A stretch of 64,000 nt of DNA, from assembly GCA_022750335.1 (NCBI GenBank), contig JAKIVX010000005.1:16119-80118 (forward strand). Direction: 5' to 3'. This DNA comes from Thermoplasmata archaeon. GTDB taxonomy: Archaea > Thermoplasmatota > Thermoplasmata > Lutacidiplasmatales > UBA184. How positions within the stretch are numbered: position 1 is the first letter of the stretch; every line of letters begins with the position of its first letter. The notes beneath the pieces are model-generated. The model saw only the letters and a list, made by a program, of their open reading frames with translations, ran no database searches and was not told the origin of the DNA. The position numbers and the translations under genes are program-made. Of the stretch, positions 56,022 through 64,000 are shown one piece after another.

Positions 56022-56191
56022 GCTCCCAACGGCCAAGTCATCCTCGCGAATGACCAGCCTTCCGCGATGGCGTGGCTGCATTGTCCGTTGCGCCCAATAC
56101 AATCCGAGATCTCCTCGAGGGACTGTTTCACGCTCACGGAACACGATTCAAATATGGGGGCTGCTAGTGACCGACCTAGACTCACCCGGCC

Positions 56192-57193
56192 ATGAGCGAG
56201 AAGTCTAACTCCCAGCTCCCCGTAGAGGACGACAAGGTCATCCAGTGGCTCCTGGAAGAAGATCAGCCCGTCGTGCGTTCCGCGACGCTGGTCGACCTGC
56301 TGGGACGCAAAGAGACCGACCCGGAGGTCCGGTCTGCGCGCTCGAGGATTGCCCGGGTTGGCTGGGCGCAGGACCTACTCCGCACTCAAGGTCCTAAGGG
56401 GTTCTGGGAGCCGCACGAGCCGACGAACCTCAAGGGGTGGATCGACTTCCTCTACTACCCAAAGTACCTCTCCACAACTTGGGAAGCTCTGGTCCTCGCG
56501 GACTTCGGTCTTGACGCGAAGGACCCACGGATCAAGCGGGTTGCCGACCTTGAGTTCGAATTCAAGCTCCGCCTCAGTTCTCCGTTCAATTTTTACTATG
56601 AAGAAGCGTGCGTGGTGGGGAACACCGCCCGAATGTTGACTCGGTTCGGGTACGCCGACGACTTCCGGGTTCGAAAGCTGTTCGATTGGCTCATCGAGGA
56701 CCAACGTAAGGACGGTGGCTGGAACTGTTCGCAGGACACCCCCGGAACGCTGGACGTCTGGGAGCCTCTTGCCGCCTTCGCGTCGCTCCCTAACTCGAAA
56801 CGCTCGCCCAAGATGCGGGCCGCCATCGCGAAGGGCGCCGAGTTCTATCTCAAACGGCGGCTGCTCCGCGAAGGCCCGCGATATGCCCCTTGGTTCCGAT
56901 TGCACTATCCGAACCACTACTACTACGATTTTTTGGTCGGACTTGACGTGCTCACCCAACTCGGCTACGCGGGCGACACGCGACTCCGCCCAGCCCTGCG
57001 GCTCCTAAGGGAGAAGCGGCAGCGAGACGGAACTTGGCTGATGGACCGCCTGCATCCTGACGTCTCCGGACCAAAGGCAGCCCAGTATCGCAAAGGCGTC
57101 ACCCCGCTCAAGATCGAGGAGCCGGGTAGACCCAGCAAATGGATTACGGTGAAAGCGCTACGGGTGCTGAAGAGGGTCGAGGAAGCAAACTGA
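56192..57193 (+). CDS. Prenyltransferase/terpene-cyclase-like alpha-alpha toroid repeat protein
   Basis: 333 aa. Motifs QRKDGGWNCSQ and RQRDGTWLM resemble QW/prenyltransferase repeats. The function is unclear. Confidence 0.55.
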   Translation: MSEKSNSQLPVEDDKVIQWLLEEDQPVVRSATLVDLLGRKETDPEVRSARSRIARVGWAQDLLRTQGPKGFWEPHEPTNLKGWIDFLYYPKYLSTTWEALVLADFGLDAKDPRIKRVADLEFEFKLRLSSPFNFYYEEACVVGNTARMLTRFGYADDFRVRKLFDWLIEDQRKDGGWNCSQDTPGTLDVWEPLAAFASLPNSKRSPKMRAAIAKGAEFYLKRRLLREGPRYAPWFRLHYPNHYYYDFLVGLDVLTQLGYAGDTRLRPALRLLREKRQRDGTWLMDRLHPDVSGPKAAQYRKGVTPLKIEEPGRPSKWITVKALRVLKRVEEAN

Positions 57194-57877
57194 CCTCCCC
57201 CGCGTCTGCAAATGAAGCCCGGACATTGTAGGGGTGGGTCCCTTTTGCCGGGAGCCCGACCCAATCGGTCGCGGGTACGATAGCGCCCTGGGCATCCGAC
57301 TTCCCCGTAGCTTTAATGTCCATTGAACTCGCGGGCCGATTATCCTGCCACAGCCTGAAGAGACGCTGGGTCTCCTTCACCCATTTCTCACGGAATGTTG
57401 CCGAGCTGGTGCCCACCCCTTGGCCAAACCAAGATTCAAGGACGAAGGTTCAACCTCTGCGGGACTTCGCCCGCTCGCCGATGGGAAGCGTCATTCTTCC
57501 AATCGTGGACAGAAAGTAGGCCCGCCCACAGAGGTTCGTTAGACCCGACGGGCTCCCGAGACCCCGACGACCTAACGAATCTATGTGGGTCAGCGTGTCG
57601 TCGGCCCTAGATTGAACCAACACGAGTTTTGCAGCCATCGTCTTGACATGTAGCTCACGGAAGAGAACGGTGAAATCCTCGGAATTGAGCGGGGTCTAAG
57701 AAATCGCGAAAGGTCGGAGATGCCGACGTCTTTTCCAATCCCACTCGGGAGGTCAAACTGGGACGAGATCGCGTGCTTCGGCGGAGGCGGCATTCATCAA
57801 AAATTGCTGAGGTCATCGAGGCTTAATATCTGGAATCGTTTCCGAAAATCGGGGGCCGTCGTACGTTCGCTCGAAAA

Positions 57878-58795
57878 ATGTTGCCGGTTGTCGTGGTCGG
57901 AATACTCGTGGTGTCGATCTTTGGGTTCTTGGTGGCGATGACACCGAGCCCGCCTCATGGGACCGCTGCGGCTGCGCCGTCCGCGCCTCCGGCGCTCTCC
58001 AGCCCTACGCACTTCGGACACACCATGATCCCAGTCACCCAGGTGTCGGGGGGTCCGGCCGCGGGGGCGCTCGGCTGCCCGTATTCGGGATCTCAGTGTA
58101 CTGGTGCGTACAATTGGGGAGGCTACGTCGTCTACAATTCGGCCTACACGGTGTCCAAGGTGGCCGGATCCTGGAAAGTGCCCACGATTACCGGGGTTTC
58201 CGGAACGACCTGCCCCGACGCGCAGACGACCTGGGACAGCAACTCGGTCTGGATTGGGATTGACGGCTATTCGGATGGGACCGTCGAGCAGACAGGAACC
58301 AGTTCCGACTGCTATTACGGGACCGTGAGTTACTATGCTTGGTACGAGTTTTACCCATCCGGCTCCGTTGTCGTCTTCAGCGTGAACCCCGGCGACGCGA
58401 TCAAGGCGACTGTCTCGTACACGGGCCTGAGTGGGGGGGTTCCTCAGTTCAAGACGACCATCACTGACACGACCACCACTTCGACCGCCACGAGTCCGAC
58501 GACGGGTGTCTCCGGTGCGCTGCGGAACTCCGCCGAATGGATTGACGAGTCACCGTACTTCGACGGGTACCTCGGCCTCACTCAGGTGGGGACTCTCAAG
58601 TTCACCGGCGCGACCGCGACGATCGGCGGAACCACGGGGTCGATTTCCCACTGGGGTAGCAACGTGTACTGGGTGCTCATGGTGGACTACAATTTCCCGT
58701 ACAGCTCGACTCTGTCGTACGCCAAGGCCCAACCAACGACGCTCACGTCCGGCGGTAAAACATTCAGCATGAAGTGGCTCTCAAACGGACCCTAG
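57878..58795 (+). CDS. Peptidase G1 (eqolisin / Peptidase_A4) family glutamic peptidase, N-terminally anchored
   Basis: N-terminal TM segment MLPVVVVGILVVSIFGFLVAM. Motifs YNWGGYVV, AGSWKVP, SVWIGIDGY, VEQTG, YYAWYEFYP and NSAEWIDESP match scytalidoglutamic-peptidase hallmarks (NWAGAV, WVGIDG, YAWYEWYP, AEWIVE). Confidence 0.8.
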   Translation: MLPVVVVGILVVSIFGFLVAMTPSPPHGTAAAAPSAPPALSSPTHFGHTMIPVTQVSGGPAAGALGCPYSGSQCTGAYNWGGYVVYNSAYTVSKVAGSWKVPTITGVSGTTCPDAQTTWDSNSVWIGIDGYSDGTVEQTGTSSDCYYGTVSYYAWYEFYPSGSVVVFSVNPGDAIKATVSYTGLSGGVPQFKTTITDTTTTSTATSPTTGVSGALRNSAEWIDESPYFDGYLGLTQVGTLKFTGATATIGGTTGSISHWGSNVYWVLMVDYNFPYSSTLSYAKAQPTTLTSGGKTFSMKWLSNGP

Positions 58796-58948
58796 GGAAG
58801 TAGCCGGGGCCAGATTGGAATCGGTGGGTCGGTCTCCAGCCGGCTGGCCCGCCTTGTCGAGCGTGGGTGCAAAGTCCGTTACACCGAGGCGTGTCTGACG
58901 GGCGGCAGGACGGGCGCAATCGGCCCTGCCACCACCCGGGTCCGCACG

Positions 58949-61924
58949 TCAGCGGGTGTTTTCGGGCGGCGCCGGAGGTATCGCTGCCCCAGAACCAGCG
59001 CTCGGCGCATTGGGATGCGCCTTCCTGCGTCGCCGCAGAAGGGCCATACCGACCAGTCCCAAGAGTACCGCCAGTACCACGACCACGATCAGCTCGTAGT
59101 CTTCGGTCGGCGGTAGTCCTGCGATCGACCGGGGGTCAGTGCCGTTAGTCGGCGGCGTCGAGGCGGCCTTGAAGGTGATCGTGAGGGAAAACGCCGCCCC
59201 GCTCACCCCAACGGTTCCGCTGGCCGGGTTGGCGGAGAATCCCGTCACCGTGCTCACCTGGAAGGGGAAAGTACCGTTGAGTTCGGTGAAGGTGATGGTC
59301 GGCCTCGCGGAGGTGAGCAGAGACCCGTTCAACGTGGCTCCCCATGGGGTGCCAATGGGCAGGCCCGACTCTGCGAAAGTCACAGGATATTGGCCCAAAA
59401 CCACTGCACGCGAGAAGGAAACGGCCACGTTCTCGGGCTCCCCAGAAACATTCACGGTACCCGTGCTGGGGCTCGCCATGTACCCCTCCACCGGCTCGAT
59501 CGTGTAGGGGTAGCTGCCGTTTGGTTCGGGGCCGGAAGTGGTGTTGGTGCTGGAGGAGAGGAGGGTCTCCCCAAGAGTGACCGACCAGCCGGTACCAGTC
59601 GGTAGCCCAGATTCGGTGAAGTTGACGAGGGACGTGGGGGGAGGGATTGCCTGGTACAGGATCGAGACCGTGCCCTGACCCTGGTTGGTCACGTAGGTGG
59701 TTCCCAGCTGGGGGTCGAACGCCAGCCCATCGAGGTTCTGTCCGACATTGACCTGCGCCACGAGCGAATTCGTTAGGTCCGAAACGAAGCTCACGAAATC
59801 CGAGGGTGTGGCGGTGACGACCACCTCACCTGTCCCGGGTTCGTAGTAGATTGCGGGGAACGCGCCGTTATTGTACTCGGCATCGAGGCCGGTGATCGTA
59901 TCGACCACCGTGTCGTTTGTATCGGAAATGACGCTCACGTTTCCGGTATCGCTCTCCACGACGAATACCTCGTCCACGGCGGGGTCATAGGTGACGTCGG
60001 CCGGATACCCGGAAACCGGAATGGTACCGGAGACCGTCTCCGTGATCGTCGAAACGATGCTTACGTTCTTGGAGTCTAGGTTGGCCACGAAGACCTGGTC
60101 CGTCCGGGGGTCGTAGGCGGCCGACGTCGGGAAGCTGCCCACGCGGATAGATCCCACGACGGCCAGCGTCGCGTCGGAAACCACTTTGACCTCATTGAGC
60201 GGGCCGACCGGGACGTACAATTCTCCCGCCGCCGGGTCGTAGGTGGACGCACCGGGAGAGTCCCCGACCGAGATGTTCTTCACAGCGTGGTTCGTCGCGT
60301 CTGAGAGGACGGTCACGTTCCCGCCGTCAGTATCCGAGACAAACATCTCGCCCTTCCCCGCGTCATATACGATCGACGACGGGTATCCCAGCACGGGGAT
60401 CGTCGCTTCGACTGAGCTCGTCAGGTCCGAGAAGACGGTCACATTTTCCTCAGGGGGGTCGGTCACGAACGTCTCCCCGCGCCCCGGGTCGACGGCCGCG
60501 CTGTCCGGGGAACTGCCCGTGGGTAGGGTCCGGAGGATGCTGAAATTATAGTCAGAAATCTCCGTGACCGCCGAGAGGTCTTCCACGACGAACAGCTCCC
60601 CGTCCCCGGTATCCTCCACGACGTCGAGAGGCCCGCCATCTACCCGGACCGAGCTTCCGACCTCGTCGGAGATGGCCGAGATGATACTGAGGTTCCTCGA
60701 ATCACTGTTGGCGACGATGATCGCATCCGCGCTCGGGTCGTAGGCGGCCGCCGTCGGGGCCATCCCTACATCGATCGAAGTCGATTGGGACGTGTTGGTA
60801 TCCGAAAAGACCTGGACGGCGCTTTCGTCGTAGTAGGCGACGCAAACCTCGTTGACCCCATCGAGATACGTGATGCTCGCCGGCTGATCGGATACGAAGA
60901 TGTGGGACAGGTAGGCATTCGTTCGGGCGGCGAATAGGACGATCGAATCGTCTTCGGGCACCGACACCCACACCTCGAACTCCGCGGCCACATAGGCGAT
61001 GACGGAAGAGGCCCCGCCCAATGGAATGGTGGCCGCGACGAAGTCGTTGGTGTCGTTGATCACGCTGAGATTGTCGGAGACGAGGTTCGAGGCGATTACC
61101 TCACCCATCAGGCCAACGTAGGCCAGTTCGTACGGTACACCTCCAACGTGGATCGAGGCGACAACGGAGTCGTTCGTGTCGTTGATGACAGTCACATTGC
61201 CGCTGTCGCTCGCTGCCACGAAGATTTCGCCCCTCTCGCTGTCATAGGCCAGGCCGTTGGGGGAGCCCGGAACGGAAACCCACCGGACGATGAGGCCCGT
61301 CGTGTCGTTGATCACGAACACGAAATTTGATGTAACATCCGAGACGAACACTTCCCCCTTCGCGGGGTCGTAGACCTCGAAGGTCGGATCGGGAGCGTTG
61401 CCGGCAAGAAAGTTTCCAGGGACGACCGTGTCGTTGGTCAGGACCAAGGTGTCATTCACGACCGGATTGGCGGGCGCCGAGGAGGCGATAGGATGCCCCT
61501 CCGGCAAGAAATCGGATGACTTCGACGGAAGCATGTGGTCGACTTGCCCGCTCGAAAGACTATACGTGGCGCGTGAGCTGGGCGCGCCTCCACTGCCCCC
61601 ACCGGGCGTGTCGACGGGAGCGGTCAGTCGAGCGACGGAAGAGGTAGCCGAGATGCCCAGCCCGGAAATGACCACGATGAGGCAGGCCGCCAGAGCAAAA
61701 CTGGCACGATTGGGCGCCGTGTAACGAAGTCCCTCGATCGACCCGATGCGTCCTTCCTTGGAGAGGGCGGTACCGAGAGTAGTATGATCAGGGGTTGGAA
61801 ACGGCTCGCCTTTCGACCCTTGCCTCCACGCTGCCTGTTTCTCTAGGGTCAGTGCGCAGTACCCAAGGGCCCGGGGGCAATTCCCGGGCAGACCTGACCG
61901 CGGCTGCAAGGTCCAAGCAATCAT
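58949..61924 (-). CDS. Large cell-surface protein: YVTN-type beta-propeller repeats, two tandem ESGLPxGTxW modules and a C-terminal TM anchor
   Basis: 991 aa. It carries many roughly 40-aa repeats (V..I.VG..P...AYDP..GE.FV....S.NVSVI). Two C-terminal modules are present (VNFTESGLPTGTGWSVTLGE..., VTFAESGLPIGTPWGATLNG...). The C-terminal anchor is YELIVVVVLAVLLGLVGMALLRRRRK. The start is uncertain: about 75 residues precede the first hydrophobic segment. Confidence 0.8.
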   Translation of the reverse strand: MIAWTLQPRSGLPGNCPRALGYCALTLEKQAAWRQGSKGEPFPTPDHTTLGTALSKEGRIGSIEGLRYTAPNRASFALAACLIVVISGLGISATSSVARLTAPVDTPGGGSGGAPSSRATYSLSSGQVDHMLPSKSSDFLPEGHPIASSAPANPVVNDTLVLTNDTVVPGNFLAGNAPDPTFEVYDPAKGEVFVSDVTSNFVFVINDTTGLIVRWVSVPGSPNGLAYDSERGEIFVAASDSGNVTVINDTNDSVVASIHVGGVPYELAYVGLMGEVIASNLVSDNLSVINDTNDFVAATIPLGGASSVIAYVAAEFEVWVSVPEDDSIVLFAARTNAYLSHIFVSDQPASITYLDGVNEVCVAYYDESAVQVFSDTNTSQSTSIDVGMAPTAAAYDPSADAIIVANSDSRNLSIISAISDEVGSSVRVDGGPLDVVEDTGDGELFVVEDLSAVTEISDYNFSILRTLPTGSSPDSAAVDPGRGETFVTDPPEENVTVFSDLTSSVEATIPVLGYPSSIVYDAGKGEMFVSDTDGGNVTVLSDATNHAVKNISVGDSPGASTYDPAAGELYVPVGPLNEVKVVSDATLAVVGSIRVGSFPTSAAYDPRTDQVFVANLDSKNVSIVSTITETVSGTIPVSGYPADVTYDPAVDEVFVVESDTGNVSVISDTNDTVVDTITGLDAEYNNGAFPAIYYEPGTGEVVVTATPSDFVSFVSDLTNSLVAQVNVGQNLDGLAFDPQLGTTYVTNQGQGTVSILYQAIPPPTSLVNFTESGLPTGTGWSVTLGETLLSSSTNTTSGPEPNGSYPYTIEPVEGYMASPSTGTVNVSGEPENVAVSFSRAVVLGQYPVTFAESGLPIGTPWGATLNGSLLTSARPTITFTELNGTFPFQVSTVTGFSANPASGTVGVSGAAFSLTITFKAASTPPTNGTDPRSIAGLPPTEDYELIVVVVLAVLLGLVGMALLRRRRKAHPNAPSAGSGAAIPPAPPENTR

Positions 61925-62170
61925 AATGTCTGCGTCGGGTCGCTACAGCAGAGGGCGAGGCACTTTCCACCCCGAGTAGTGTCATCTTTCGCGCCGTTTT
62001 TTCCAACGGGCGACAACCTACCAAAGATTCGATTGCGACCGAGGTTTGACGGTTGCTCTGGCCAGCTCAGCTTCTCCTTTACTACGGTGTCAACCTCTAC
62101 TGAGACGCGGAGTCCGGTCAGGATTGCTTGACTGGGGGCCTAAGCGTTCGGAGCGGGTTCCCCGACTCGC

Positions 62171-62347
62171 ATGTCAGCTGCGTCAGAGGCACGAGCGAAA
62201 GCGAGAAAGGACTTCGAGAAGGCGCGATTGGAAGCGCACAAGGTCTACCGAGAAGCCTTGCAGGATGCCCGCAAGCTTCGCTCGGACGTGATCAGCGCGG
62301 CCCGTAAGACTCACCAGAAGGCGCTTTCCGCTGCGAGGAAACTGTAA
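62171..62347 (+). CDS. Possible small helical protein (58 aa)
   Basis: Below the track cutoff. Hand translation gives MSAASEARAKARKDFEKARLEAHKVYREALQDARKLRSDVISAARKTHQKALSAARKL. An 8-bp-stem hairpin follows (TTCGCCCT...AGGGCGAA). Confidence 0.3.
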   Translation: MSAASEARAKARKDFEKARLEAHKVYREALQDARKLRSDVISAARKTHQKALSAARKL

Positions 62348-62549
62348 CCAAGCTTGGGCCTGGTTTCGCCCTTCGCGGGCGGTCCAGCCGAGGGCGAAGG
62401 AGATCGTCCTTCTCTACATCGGGACAGCTCACCTCCCCGGCGAGGCTTCGTCATAGTGAGTGTGAGGAGTGTTGCACACCGACTCGGCGGAGGTCCCACC
62501 GGAAGGCTAATACCGATTTGCCAACCCTATCGCTCGCCCAGATGGTTTC

Positions 62550-62993
62550 ATGACCGCCCGATTCCAGGTAACCATCGACGCCCACGACTCGGTGCGGCTG
62601 GCCGACTTCTGGTCGAACGCGCTTGGCTACATTCCGGAGCCCCCACCGGAGGGGTTCGCTACATGGAACGACTACTGGCGGGACTTCGGCCTCACGGAGG
62701 AAGACCTGTTCGAGGGGACGGATTCCATCGTGGATCCGACAGGCGCGGGCCCACGGATCTGGTTCCACGCCGTTCCTGAGCAGAAGACCTGCAAGAACCG
62801 GCTCCACTTCGACTTGCGTGTGGGAGGCGGCCGCAAGATCTCGCTCCAACTGCGCAAGGAGCGGGTGGAGGCGGAGGCGGCACGCCTGGTGGCCATTGGT
62901 GCGACCAGGCTAGAGACCTGGTTCGAGGAGGGAGTCGACCATTACGCGGTCGCTATGATGGATCCTGAGGGAAACGAGTTCGACGTCGTCTGA
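62550..62993 (+). CDS. VOC/glyoxalase-like domain protein
   Basis: 147 aa. Motifs FQVTIDAHDSVRLADFWSNALGY, RLHFDLRV and AMMDPEGNEF. Confidence 0.75.
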   Translation: MTARFQVTIDAHDSVRLADFWSNALGYIPEPPPEGFATWNDYWRDFGLTEEDLFEGTDSIVDPTGAGPRIWFHAVPEQKTCKNRLHFDLRVGGGRKISLQLRKERVEAEAARLVAIGATRLETWFEEGVDHYAVAMMDPEGNEFDVV

Positions 62994-63201
62994 GCCAGCC
63001 ACCTAGCTATCGGGTTTCCTGGGCGCGAGGGCCGATCGACTTGCTCGAGCGGTCGCCACCGGACGCCTTTCTGTTACCCCCATACCTGGCTGAGGATCGT
63101 TTGAACCGCCCAGAGGAAGGTGGGTACAAGGTCCAGCACATCCATCATCTTTCTTTACCGTGGGTAAAGAATATATGCGGGCTGAATCATACTATCCACC
63201 G

Positions 63202-63429
63202 ATGGCACATTCCTCCACCGTGAGTTCAAAGGGTCAAATCACTCTGCCAAAGCCCCTTCGAGAAAGGCACCACCTTAGAACGGGGGAGGTGGTCATCATT
63301 CTGGACTCTGACGACGGAATCGTGATCCGTCGTGGGAGGCCAAGCCTGCGCGGGATGCTCAAGGAGGAGATAGACGGGGACGGGTTCGAGAAGGACCTGA
63401 GGAAGCTCCGCAAGGAATGGACTCTGTGA
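63202..63429 (+). CDS. vapB: AbrB/MazE/SpoVT family antitoxin VapB
   Basis: The ORF 63160..63429 was trimmed to the ATG at 63202. Motif SSKGQITLPKPLRERHHLRTGEVVII. Confidence 0.75.
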   Translation: MAHSSTVSSKGQITLPKPLRERHHLRTGEVVIILDSDDGIVIRRGRPSLRGMLKEEIDGDGFEKDLRKLRKEWTL

Positions 63430-63824
63430 CGCAATATGTTGTCGATACAGTCGCCTTCGTTCGCCACCTCGAGGACCGGCTGAGCCCGAAGGCTGGTCGG
63501 ATATTCGACGAGGCCGAAAGCGGGAGAAACCACCTTTTTCTACCGGAGATCGCACTCGCCGAGTTCGTTTACATTTGTCTGAAAGGTCGGTTAAAGTCGA
63601 CCCGACCGGAGTTGAAAGTCCGAGATGTCCTTCACAATCTCTCCGCTTCTGGAGCGTTCACAATTTCCGGAATGACGTTGGGTGCCTGGGAAACGTTTGT
63701 CGATCTTCATATTCCAGAGCTACATGACCGGATGATTGCAGCGGAGGCCATCGCACGTGATGTTACCCTCATATCAAACGACTCCGCGTTCGATGGAATC
63801 GCAGGGCTTGCTCGAGTCTGGTAG
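63417..63824 (+). CDS. vapC: PIN domain ribonuclease toxin VapC
   Basis: 135 aa. Motifs YVVDTVAFVRHL, E in LPEIALAEF, DRMIAAEA and SNDSAF. It overlaps vapB by 13 nt. Confidence 0.85.
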   Translation: MDSVTQYVVDTVAFVRHLEDRLSPKAGRIFDEAESGRNHLFLPEIALAEFVYICLKGRLKSTRPELKVRDVLHNLSASGAFTISGMTLGAWETFVDLHIPELHDRMIAAEAIARDVTLISNDSAFDGIAGLARVW

Positions 63825-64000
63825 GAGGGTGAGCTTTGGCGGCTTCGCCGACAGGCGCGGTGGATTCTTTGTGAGTGAGAGGTCCCTTCGAACCTCTGTT
63901 CCCTCCGGCTAACACGATAGGTGAGTATAGTTTTGCACTCACTGAGGGGGACCCGGCGCGTTAGGGTTTTCTAGAGACCAGGAACCGTCTCAGGCGCTCA

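Overview
High-GC archaeal contig. The archaeal assignment rests on Nop5, NAC, Dph2, a PAC2 proteasome chaperone, TrmB, an Agl3/SQD1-type enzyme and an initiator tRNA with an A1:U72 acceptor end and an intron-like insert. GyrB, GrpE and a class II HMG-CoA reductase suggest a euryarchaeal, possibly Thermoplasmatota-like, lineage; that is inference only. All calls come from reading the ORF track, recalling family motifs and hand-translating selected stretches. No searches, folding or statistics were run.

The window splits in two.

(1) About 1-36.3 kb is dense, very GC-rich core genome (hand-counted lines about 68-73 percent GC). It holds:
- a DtxR-like regulator with a metal ABC importer
- tRNA-iMet, an LLM oxidoreductase, TrmB and a ZIP transporter
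- a sequon-rich surface protein
- tRNA-Thr with a vapBC cassette
- a crotonase, Nop5, a redoxin and a lipoate-ligase-like protein
- gyrB, a CorA-like protein and a deaminase-like amidohydrolase in one string
- translationally coupled grpE, hmgA and pdxT
- dph2, NUDIX, NAC, a CBS/HPF-like fusion, a RimI-like GNAT and PAC2
- a sulfoquinovose/glycosyltransferase cluster, an aminotransferase, metG and a PHP phosphoesterase

(2) From tRNA-Cys (36335-36407) to the right edge the content is purely accessory, and GC is patchier and lower (hand-counted lines 48-68 percent). It holds:
- a tyrosine integrase
- four further toxin-antitoxin modules, one with both genes carrying an in-frame stop
- ArsR and HxlR regulators with SRPBCC proteins
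- DUF1801 proteins, a dienelactone hydrolase, a Rieske protein and a YcaQ-type glycosylase
- DsbA-like, peroxiredoxin, TauE and MFS genes
- a G1 glutamic peptidase and a 991-aa YVTN beta-propeller surface protein

The observations most worth follow-up are:
- a CBS-quad protein whose C-terminus aligns by eye to bacterial HPF/RaiA
- a 17-bp duplication of the tRNA-Thr 3' end bracketing only vapBC
- the tRNA-Cys/integrase boundary of the accessory region
- the doubly stop-interrupted MNT/HepT pair
- the UDP-sulfoquinovose cluster
- the D-loop insert in tRNA-iMet
- a structured spacer carrying the RNase P CR-I 9-mer

No CRISPR array, rRNA or transposase was seen.
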